DNA of 64,000 nt from a virus (IMGVR_UViG_3300028805_000067:1-64000), one strand, 5' to 3'; positions 30,665-37,929 are shown, counted from the stretch's first letter. Notes: generated by a model not told the origin, from the letters alone. Made by a program: numbers and translations.

Positions 30665-31057
30665 TTACTTTCTCAATAATTCATCAAATTTATAATCTGT
30701 GAGTTTATGTTTTTTGACCACAGGTTTTATTTTTGTGTAATCATGCGGATTCGGCTCTGTAGCTACCGCCATATAATCAACAATAAAATTGTTCATTAAA
30801 TTATATAAATCCGCATCTAATGTATGATGACAACTATCTACAATAGCTAATGCTTGTACATCAGTTTCTTTATCAATGAAAACAAGATAATATCTGCAAA
30901 TAGCACCAAAACCATCAGGATATCTATAAGCGTCTATATGAATAGGTACAATGCAAAATCTACCTAACAATAAACTATCGTTTTTAATATTATTATTTAC
31001 TTCTCTAATTGCTTTTGTTACTTTTCTCATTTGCTTTCTAATATCTTTATTTTTCAT
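30665..31057 (-). CDS. Hypothetical protein
   Basis: GAGGTG RBS, class-1 promoter upstream. Confidence 0.65.
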   Translation of the reverse strand: MKNKDIRKQMRKVTKAIREVNNNIKNDSLLLGRFCIVPIHIDAYRYPDGFGAICRYYLVFIDKETDVQALAIVDSCHHTLDADLYNLMNNFIVDYMAVATEPNPHDYTKIKPVVKKHKLTDYKFDELLRK

Positions 31058-31128
31058 TTTTCATCACCTCTTACTTTCTATAATTATTATATCAAAATTT
31101 TTTATAATTTTCAAATAGAAAATAAGTA

Positions 31129-31201
31129 AGCTCCCACTCGGGTATGATCCGAGATTACTGGGTTACAAATCCAGTGTTTTATCCGTTTAAACTAGAGGAG
31201 C
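31129..31201 (-). tRNA. tRNA-Thr(TGT), atypical T-loop
   Basis: GCTCCTC..CTGGA-TTTGTAA-CCCAG..CTCGG-ATCATAC-CCGAG-TGGGAGC-T. Confidence 0.8.
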
Positions 31202-31346
31202 GTAGGGTGTTTGCAACCACCCAAAGTTGTATCGTAACCACCGTTGTTCATTTTTATTTACCCGAACAATAGGCCGCGTGCTCACCAATGCCGCCGGAGG
31301 ATCCCAATGGGTGTAGAGGGGCTTGAACCCTCGACAACACGATTAA

Positions 31347-32122
31347 GGCAAGAAATGAGATTTGAACTCAAATTTTTTCCCATTCATTATCTGAATACTT
31401 TTGTATTTCAGTTTTCCTTCTAGGCAAATTCATAGAATCACACCATTTCCTAATGGAATTATCAGTAACTCCATACATAGCTGCAATTTTAGTAAAAGGC
31501 TGTTCTCTAATTAATTGTTTTAATTCTTCTCTTGAAGGTCTATCACACCTTTGTTGAGCTTTGTGTAAACATTCTAAACTACAATATGTCATACTAGATA
31601 AAATTGGTTTACCACAAATTAAACAAAAATTATTTGATTGTTGTATTTTTTTATTTAATTGATTTTTTGGTAAATCATCAATTAATTGTTGTGCTATTTC
31701 TTCATCATAATAATCTTTCCAATTATTTGGTATTTCATAATAACCACTATGAATACCTCTATGGCAATTTGCACAAACTAAAATACATTTTTTCATTTCA
31801 TTTAATTGTTTTTCAAGTGCTTTGGTAACGGCATTAGAATCACAAACACCAAATTCTTTTTCATCAGGGTTAACATGATGAAATTCTAATGCTTCTTGAA
31901 ATTTATCAAAACCACAAAGACAACATTTAGAATGAAACACTTTAATTAAATTACCTTTTCTTCGTTTAATAAATGAAGCTACATTTCTGCTATTATCATT
32001 TTTATACATTTGAATAATCTCCTTTAGATTAATATTTTTACATAATATATAAAAATGAATTCAGATAAAATATATTATTTTGCCCAGAGAAATAGAAAAA
32101 GTTTTACTTAAACTATTCTCAC
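31347..32122 (-). mobile_element. 776-nt tRNA-shaped intervening sequence carrying an HNH homing endonuclease gene
   Basis: Starts GTGAGAA-TA-GTTT-AAGTA-AAAC (acceptor strand + D-arm) and ends TGAG-TTCAAAT-CTCA-T-TTCTTGC-C (T-arm + acceptor strand + discriminator). Confidence 0.85.
31368..32009 (-). CDS. HNH homing endonuclease with Zn finger and C-terminal HTH
   Basis: CCLCG..LEFHHVNP...CILVCANCHRGIH; CLICGK..YCSLEC; FTKIAAMYGVTDNSIRKW; AAGGAG RBS. Confidence 0.9.
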   Translation of the reverse strand: MYKNDNSRNVASFIKRRKGNLIKVFHSKCCLCGFDKFQEALEFHHVNPDEKEFGVCDSNAVTKALEKQLNEMKKCILVCANCHRGIHSGYYEIPNNWKDYYDEEIAQQLIDDLPKNQLNKKIQQSNNFCLICGKPILSSMTYCSLECLHKAQQRCDRPSREELKQLIREQPFTKIAAMYGVTDNSIRKWCDSMNLPRRKTEIQKYSDNEWEKI

Positions 32123-32355
32123 AAGTCGTGTGCTCTACCTACTGAGCTATACACCCAGATAAAGAATGTACTCGGCGCGGGTTGTATGCAGATACCGCCA
32201 TACTGTAGAAAAAATCTTTATTTTTGCCTAAACGCACATTCTTTATTAGTTTTAACTTATAGTTATAATGATGAGCATTGGTATTATTCCTATAAGAACA
32301 CATTAAAAGGGCGTGTCAACCACTTAATTAAGACTAGCTTTATATGCTAGGCTGA

Positions 32356-32428
32356 TGGAAGTGGCAGGACTTGGACCCGCGGCATCTGCATCCCAAATGC
32401 AGCATTCTACCAACTGAATTACACTTCC
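32356..32428 (-). tRNA. tRNA-Pro(TGG)
   Basis: GGAAGTG..CTGCA-TTTGGGA-TGCAG..GCGGG-TCCAAGT-CCTGC-CACTTCC-A. Confidence 0.9.
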
Positions 32429-32495
32429 ATAGTGGGGAACTTCCCCACATTTGCAGAATTATTATTTAATCAGGCGCCCTCGCTAGCGCCTCATA

Positions 32496-32568
32496 TACCC
32501 CGTGTCAGGATTGAACTGACATCGCCACCGTGAAAGGGTGGTATCCTTGCCATTTAGACGAACGGGAC
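32496..32568 (-). tRNA. tRNA-Glu(TTC)
   Basis: GTCCCGT..CCACC-CTTTCAC-GGTGG..GTCAG-TTCAATC-CTGAC-ACGGGGT-A. Confidence 0.9.
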
Positions 32569-32696
32569 CAAATGGTCACAAGAACATTGGTGGTGGATTG
32601 CACAGTTTTTGGTATTTCTACGAGGCTTCCTCACCTTAGTGTTCCACATTCTTATTATCTTCGCGCCTTTTTACATATTCTTGCGACCTAATCAAA

Positions 32697-32787
32697 TGCG
32701 CTACAAATCCCGCTTTACCTTTTGCGTACCACGGCAGTGCCAGTACCGTAGGTGAGAGTTGAACTCACAACAACAGATAGTAACGAC
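32697..32787 (-). ncRNA. Circularly permuted tRNA mimic (YrlA-like topology), copy B
   Basis: Order: stem strand, T-arm GTGAG-TTCAACT-CTCAC, CTACGGT-loop-GCCGTGG, TA, D-arm CGC-AAAAGGTAAA-GCG, complementary stem strand. Confidence 0.75.
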
Positions 32788-33103
32788 TTAGTGTTTACCG
32801 ACTAACACTCAAGGCTAAAATATATGGCTATAAAAATATGAGTTCGCTATTTTTATGCAAAGTCCTCTCGTATTATCCTGCATTTGTGACTTATCAGCAA
32901 TAACCGTACATATTAAACAGTTGTAAGTGCCACGCTATCTTACTTTCCAGCCCAAGGTTAGATTTTATTCACCTCTGCGTGATGCTGTTGCCATCAGCTT
33001 GCTCTTCTCTTGCCGTATATCTAGAATCATCAAGAGATTAGGTATTCTCATATCTTTTTACAATTATATTATACTAAAATTTTTTATTTTTTTCAAGAAT
33101 GTG

Positions 33104-33176
33104 TGCCCCGCCCAGGACTCGGACCTGGATCGAAGGATTAGAAATCCTTTATTCTATCCAATTAAACTAACAGGGC
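33104..33176 (-). tRNA. tRNA-Arg(TCT)
   Basis: GCCCTGT..AAGGA-TTTCTAA-TCCTT..CCAGG-TCCGAGT-CCTGG-GCGGGGC-A. Confidence 0.9.
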
Positions 33177-33180
33177 TAGA

Positions 33181-33251
33181 CAGCGGATGAGGGTTACGCT
33201 CCCCCGCCAAGAGCTTCAAAGGCTCCTGTACTACTATTATACGAATCCGCT
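33181..33251 (-). tRNA. tRNA-Gln(TTG), atypical D/T loops
   Basis: AGCGGAT..GGAGC-CTTTGAA-GCTCT..GGGGG-AGCGTAA-CCCTC-ATCCGCT-G. Confidence 0.82.
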
Positions 33252-33260
33252 AAATAGTAC

Positions 33261-33476
33261 CTACTCTTGATTCTGATGTATAGTACTTGTAATAGGAGTT
33301 GCAATACTATCAACCACTAACATTAAACATACACCTTGCCAATAAGTAATAGTTGGTAAGTTAAATAAGTATGGCATTACAGCGTTCCAAGTTGGTGTTA
33401 AAATTAATGCTATTATTAAACATCCAAGCATAGTTACTAATATTGTAATTGCCAGTGCGCATAAAATATCTTTCAT
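33261..33476 (-). CDS. Small membrane protein
   Basis: Two TM segments, WN.VMP.LF.LP.ITYWQ motif. Confidence 0.65.
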   Translation of the reverse strand: MKDILCALAITILVTMLGCLIIALILTPTWNAVMPYLFNLPTITYWQGVCLMLVVDSIATPITSTIHQNQE

Positions 33477-33745
33477 TTGCTACCTCTATATACATAATGT
33501 ATTTCTTTGGTGGGAATTTCTATCCAAACTTCTTGCTCTTTATCTATTTTTCTATCAGTATAAGTATTTCCATCACAACCAGAATCCAGAATCATTACTG
33601 CATCTTCTGTATGTCTTTTAACTATACCGCCAAAACCTTGATCTGGTGTCCAATAAATCTGAATATCAGGCCCTACTTCTTTAATTTTAACTTTCATTCT
33701 TAATGTTTGATTTACTTTATCATAAAAATATTTATAATCTTTCAT
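33473..33745 (-). CDS. Hypothetical protein (start trimmed to MKDYK, downstream of tRNA-Tyr)
   Basis: GAGGT RBS before ATG 33745. Confidence 0.55.
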   Translation of the reverse strand: MKDYKYFYDKVNQTLRMKVKIKEVGPDIQIYWTPDQGFGGIVKRHTEDAVMILDSGCDGNTYTDRKIDKEQEVWIEIPTKEIHYVYRGSK

Positions 33746-33772
33746 AAAGTACCTCATTTTTAATATATTTAG

Positions 33773-33855
33773 TGGGTAGAGGTGGACTCGAACCACCGGT
33801 GTTTCTGATGTGGCAAATTTACAGTTTGCTCTCTTCGCCGCTAGAGTACCTACCC
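33773..33855 (-). tRNA. tRNA-Tyr(GTA)
   Basis: GGGTAGG..GCAAA-CTGTAAA-TTTGC, long variable region, GGTGG-TTCGAGT-CCACC-TCTACCC-A. Confidence 0.92.
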
Positions 33856-34170
33856 TTATCCTATTGTGAAACCGCAAAAATGTTTCATACAATCATAATC
33901 TTTAATTTGAGTAAAGCCAAAATCATTAGTCCAAACATAAACTTTTCTTTCAGAAGCGCCAGCTGGATTATACAATCCTTCTCCTACTCTTTCAATAATT
34001 GCGTAATTATAACAATGCTCTTGTATGTCACAAGCATTTACTTCAACTGCATATGTAGCAGTTCGTTCATCAGTATAATAACCAACTATTCTTGAATCGC
34101 CAAAATATGGCATTTTAGTTTTTTCATCTAATTCATAATTAGTTGATACCATTATTGTATAGATTGCCAT
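33856..34170 (-). CDS. Hypothetical protein
   Basis: AAGGTG RBS. Confidence 0.65.
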   Translation of the reverse strand: MAIYTIMVSTNYELDEKTKMPYFGDSRIVGYYTDERTATYAVEVNACDIQEHCYNYAIIERVGEGLYNPAGASERKVYVWTNDFGFTQIKDYDCMKHFCGFTIG

Positions 34171-34194
34171 AATTACACCTTCTTTCTTATAAAA

Positions 34195-34269
34195 TGTCGC
34201 TAGTGAGACTCGAACTCACACTGGAGGGTTTTTAAGACCCTTGCCTACTGCCAATTGGGCTATAGCGAC
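34195..34269 (-). tRNA. tRNA-Leu(TAA) with short variable region
   Basis: GTCGCTA..AGGGT-CTTAAAA-ACCCT-CCAGT-GTGAG-TTCGAGT-CTCAC-TAGCGAC-A. Confidence 0.88.
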
Positions 34270-34395
34270 CTATTTCCTATGATAGTGCCATAGGTAGTAT
34301 ATATATCTGCTCTTACAGCGCCATCCCAGACAGGCACTTCTGTTCTAGTATTGGGCGAATGGTCGGAGGTATGACCTCTAGATTATATATACTAA

Positions 34396-34469
34396 CGGAA
34401 GCTGGGGGACTTGAACCCTCGACCTAGTGATTAACAGTCACTCGCTACCACCAACTGAGCTAAGCTTCC
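34396..34469 (-). tRNA. tRNA-Asn(GTT)
   Basis: GGAAGCT..AGTGA-CTGTTAA-TCACT..GAGGG-TTCAAGT-CCCCC-AGCTTCC-G. Confidence 0.9.
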
Positions 34470-34537
34470 AGCAGAAGGTACTTTCTCCGCCTGTTTAACG
34501 ACTCTGCCCTCAGAAAGTACCAAACCCTGTTTTGTCG

Positions 34538-34624
34538 TGTAAGTGATTAATAGCTCACCAGTGCAGCAACTTCCCCGTATTTGGCGAAGTTGAAGGAATC
34601 GAACCTTGAATATCAATCCTTACA
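34538..34624 (-). ncRNA. Circularly permuted tRNA mimic (YrlA-like topology), copy A
   Basis: GTAAG-GATTGATA..AAGG-TTCGATT-CCTT-CAACTTC-GCCAAATACGGG-GAAGTTG-CT-GC-ACTGGTGA-GC-TATTAATC-A-CTTAC; begins at predicted TSS of a class-1 promoter. Confidence 0.78.
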
Positions 34625-34715
34625 ATTATATTATATCATAATTTTTTTATGATTTCAATTTATTTTTTATTTTTCTTTTTGTTTCTTTTTCTTTTCATTT
34701 TGTAATTATATTATA

Positions 34716-35087
34716 TCAAAAATTTTTACTTTTTTCAATTAAGTGTTTTATGCCGCTGTTAATTTCAAAAAAATCAAACATCTGATAAGAATTATTACGG
34801 CTTAAAAAGTTCGCAAAGGCTTCATTATCTATAACGCCATCTTCTATTAACTTATAATAACCGTCATTAAAATTAACAGTTCTTAAATCATTAAGCTCTT
34901 CAGCAGCATCATACCCATAGCAATCGCCATATTTAGTAACAATACTGAAAATTTCATCACCACTTATAACATAAACAGTAAAATCTTCTATTAAATCCAA
35001 TGTTGGAATTTTAACTATTTCACTCTTGTCATCCCAATTGAGTATCTTAATTTCGTACATCTGCCCTTCAATATTAGCTTTATGCAT
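34716..35087 (-). CDS. Hypothetical protein
   Basis: Overlaps RNA ligase stop; likely start MHKANI. Confidence 0.55.
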   Translation of the reverse strand: MHKANIEGQMYEIKILNWDDKSEIVKIPTLDLIEDFTVYVISGDEIFSIVTKYGDCYGYDAAEELNDLRTVNFNDGYYKLIEDGVIDNEAFANFLSRNNSYQMFDFFEINSGIKHLIEKSKNF

Positions 35088-35997
35088 TGAGTACCACCTT
35101 TCTTGCAAGTTCCATTGTCTTGTTTGAACAAAATTTACCAAAATTATTACATAATTTAAGACCTTCTGCTACCGATTCAGGCTCTTCTTTATTAATATCT
35201 TCCCAAATTCTTTTAGGCAGATGCTTAGCAATAATACCCATCTGCTTTGCATCATAAGGTTCTGCGATAATGCCATCATCACGAAGATTGCAAAGCATCT
35301 TTTCAATTCGTCTTTCAGTTACAATACTATCTACAATAGCTTTTGCGAGAGCTTCATTAGGGTCTGCCGCTTTAGGTTCTTTGATTTTAACTTTCATTAC
35401 TTCACTAAAGCTATCACAAACAAGTTTCAGATAGTATTCATCTCTTGGTGCATTAAGTAGTGTCTGATTCTTAACTACAACACCTTCACCTTCAACAAGA
35501 GCAAGATTAGACTTACCCATAAACTGACGCATATTATCCCAATTCTTAAACTCACCTACATAAAGTGTGTTTACATAACCAAGATTAAGTATTTTAGCAA
35601 ACTCTTTTACTTCTTCCTGAACAAGATACTTTTCATTTGCTACATCATAAATATCATAAAAGTAAAAGTTATTGTAATATTCATCTTTGTACTGAACTTT
35701 ATTCTTAACACCCCATTCACCAAAGAAAACAAGATTAGCATGAGATTTTACAATATCTGCAAAGTTTTTGTCATTTGTTTCTTTAGTCTTTATCCAATTG
35801 TAGAAACCATTAAGAGTATTTGTAGGGGTTAATTCTTGGCGGCGGCTGAATGCCTTAATCTCACCGCTAGCCTCATCATACTGAAAGCTAGCATTACTAC
35901 CATCCATTTTTTCCTGAACTACTACAATATCATTCGGGAACCAGTTCTTATCATTGTATCCTTCTTTAAGTCGTTCAATATCCATATACTTCTTCAT
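35080..35997 (-). CDS. ATP-dependent RNA ligase, Rnl2-like family
   Basis: Nucleotidyltransferase motifs I EKMDGSN, Ia SRR, III FFGEW, IIIa FYFYDI, IV EGVVVK, V LK; helical C-domain. Confidence 0.85.
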   Translation of the reverse strand: MKKYMDIERLKEGYNDKNWFPNDIVVVQEKMDGSNASFQYDEASGEIKAFSRRQELTPTNTLNGFYNWIKTKETNDKNFADIVKSHANLVFFGEWGVKNKVQYKDEYYNNFYFYDIYDVANEKYLVQEEVKEFAKILNLGYVNTLYVGEFKNWDNMRQFMGKSNLALVEGEGVVVKNQTLLNAPRDEYYLKLVCDSFSEVMKVKIKEPKAADPNEALAKAIVDSIVTERRIEKMLCNLRDDGIIAEPYDAKQMGIIAKHLPKRIWEDINKEEPESVAEGLKLCNNFGKFCSNKTMELARKVVLNA

Positions 35998-36010
35998 ATC
36001 TTTGTTCTCC

Positions 36011-36250
36011 TTAACCGTAAACTACAGTATGAATTTGCCACTCTCCATTTTCATATAAAAATACATAATGACATAAGCGCTGTCTTGTAGGAAAATCAAA
36101 TGTAACACTATCAATAAAATATAAATGAATAGCATTAAACTTATCTACTTCAAACCTGTCATACTTAAGCCAATAATATCTTTGACTTATATGAGCGAGA
36201 GCTTTCTCTTTACAAATTGCAACTGCTTTCTTTAATTGTTTCTTAGTCAT
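36011..36250 (-). CDS. Hypothetical protein
   Basis: GAGGT RBS after class-1 promoter. Confidence 0.55.
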   Translation of the reverse strand: MTKKQLKKAVAICKEKALAHISQRYYWLKYDRFEVDKFNAIHLYFIDSVTFDFPTRQRLCHYVFLYENGEWQIHTVVYG

Positions 36251-36390
36251 TTCTGACCTCTTTCTCCACCAGTTAAGAAATGTTTTTCTTTTTTATCTCT
36301 TTCTCATTTCTTACAATTATATTATATCAAAATTTTTTAAAAAATACAAAAAAGAAAATGCGGCAGCCGCATAAACGACCGCCGCCACTT

Positions 36391-36618
36391 TTATTCATTA
36401 ATATTTAGCAATACTTCAATATCTAAAACTTTAATAGGTTGAATATCTGACAATTTGAATAACTCAAGAAGCCCCTCCACAGTATCTGTCAATTGCTGTA
36501 TATCATCTGTTTCATAATCTACAAATGAAACAACACCTTGTTCATCTGTTTCAGATACTTGATAATAATAATAAACTGGTTTAGTAGAGTTGCCTCTACG
36601 GATAAGAATTTTGTACAT
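36391..36618 (-). CDS. Hypothetical protein (end of structural operon)
   Basis: GGAG RBS. Confidence 0.6.
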   Translation of the reverse strand: MYKILIRRGNSTKPVYYYYQVSETDEQGVVSFVDYETDDIQQLTDTVEGLLELFKLSDIQPIKVLDIEVLLNINE

Positions 36619-36630
36619 AGCTTTTCACTC

Positions 36631-37911
36631 CTATTGTATACTATTTGGTATGGCTGCTGGTAATTCATGAAACCAATCGCCTTCATTATCTGTTCTTATA
36701 AACATAGCTGTCAAATAAAAATTTGCAAAGTAAATATCAGTACCTACAACAGGTTTCTTTTTACAATATATAATTAACTGAGCGCGTTTGCCAATAGATG
36801 CAGCATCAGTTGTTTCTTGCAACCATTCAATTATAAAATAATCATGGAAATATTTAAAGCCATTCTTACTACGCCAATTATGAATACTCCAAATAATAGA
36901 TGGTTTTTCAGTATAATCATTAGCAAAAGAATAATTCCATGTATAAGTCTTACCAGCAACCCAGTTAAGTTTAGAAAAGTCTAAACGAACTGTTTCAAAA
37001 TGACCTGAATCTAATAACATACGAGTATCCCATGCACCAGCCCAAGATTTATTTACCCCCATTTTCTTTTTTACAAAAATACCATTACGAGGTATATCTT
37101 TGACTGTACCATTTTGCATATCATATTCTTTTTTAGTCCAAGTAGAGGCACCTGTAACTAAATATGTATTACCTAAATTGCAACCAAGACTATTATTACC
37201 ATTTTGAGCTTGTCCGCCTAAGTATACATTTCCGCTTTGTTCTAATCTAATTGCACTAATAGGCGTTGCAGAACCATAAATATCTTTTATTTTTGCATTA
37301 TCAGTACGCTGAGTAGGGACAATATCAGTATTGGCGCTAAAAGCTGTACTAAATAAATGTTTAAATGTATATTGTGGATAATGCGAAGTATAGATTGGAA
37401 CATTATTATCGCCACGGTTACCTACAACTACGCCGGCATCTTGTACACCAACACTACCTTGTACTTCAATATTGGTCATAGTTTGTCCATCTACTGCAAC
37501 AGCAGAACTAGAATATAAAGGTGAAATAGTATCACTGTCTGTAACTACATGCTGAGTAACACCAACAACTGGCATTGAAAAAGTGCTATATCCATTAAAA
37601 GTAGCACCTCTTTCAGGCGGCTCTGTACTACTACCTACTTGGTTAGGTGTATAAGCTATATATTCATCACCACTTTGAATAATACGAGATGCACCAGTAA
37701 TACCACCATAAGCCTGTATTGTTGCTAAAAATTCATCCCAATGTTCCCATTCAGTTGTATCAACCAATCCTTGTTCTTTCAGCCAAGTATGATAAACATC
37801 TTCACCAGCTTCACCGCGGATAACGGGCCAAGGTTCCCATGAATAACCTTCTGGTGCAGTTCCATCTATTGTTTTTTCATAAATGGCGTCTTTATAAATT
37901 GTTAATCCCAT
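36631..37911 (-). CDS. Putative tail/baseplate structural protein
   Basis: RGEAGEDVYHTWLKEQG..EFL fibre-type motif; operon context. Confidence 0.55.
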   Translation of the reverse strand: MGLTIYKDAIYEKTIDGTAPEGYSWEPWPVIRGEAGEDVYHTWLKEQGLVDTTEWEHWDEFLATIQAYGGITGASRIIQSGDEYIAYTPNQVGSSTEPPERGATFNGYSTFSMPVVGVTQHVVTDSDTISPLYSSSAVAVDGQTMTNIEVQGSVGVQDAGVVVGNRGDNNVPIYTSHYPQYTFKHLFSTAFSANTDIVPTQRTDNAKIKDIYGSATPISAIRLEQSGNVYLGGQAQNGNNSLGCNLGNTYLVTGASTWTKKEYDMQNGTVKDIPRNGIFVKKKMGVNKSWAGAWDTRMLLDSGHFETVRLDFSKLNWVAGKTYTWNYSFANDYTEKPSIIWSIHNWRSKNGFKYFHDYFIIEWLQETTDAASIGKRAQLIIYCKKKPVVGTDIYFANFYLTAMFIRTDNEGDWFHELPAAIPNSIQ

Positions 37912-37929
37912 TTTTCCCCTTTGTCCTCC

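Larger units (their letters stand above)
31308..32156 (-). tRNA. tRNA-Lys split in the anticodon: 5' exon 32123-32156, 3' exon 31308-31346
   Basis: GGGTGTA-TA-GCTC-AGTAGGTA-GAGC-A-CACGA-CTT / TTAA-TCGTG-TTGTC-GAGGG-TTCAAGC-CCCTC-TACACCC-A; joined halves give a perfect 73-nt cloverleaf with loop CU-UUU-AA. Confidence 0.92.

Noticed and set aside
31202-31307. Possible small ribozyme in the GC-rich spacer between tRNA-Lys and tRNA-Thr
   Set aside because: Hairpins are present (GGGTG/CACCC, TTGTTC/GAACAA) but I could not match twister, pistol or hammerhead consensus by eye.
31347-32122. Group I, group II or BHB intron in tRNA-Lys
   Set aside because: Only ~110 nt of AT-rich non-coding sequence 5' and ~20 nt 3' of the ORF, too short for a ribozyme core. 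The insert ends in C rather than the group I terminal G, there is no GUGYG/domain V, and no bulge-helix-bulge.
31344-32125. IS-like insertion with CTT target-site duplication
   Set aside because: Collapsing the CTT repeat gives a 5-nt anticodon loop, and there is no transposase. A one-base shifted boundary would give anticodon CTT, still Lys.
32574-33057. Two-piece (permuted) tmRNA
   Set aside because: Acceptor lacks G3.U70, a true D-stem is present, and no tag frame ending in Ala-Ala was found. Kept as a permuted tRNA mimic.
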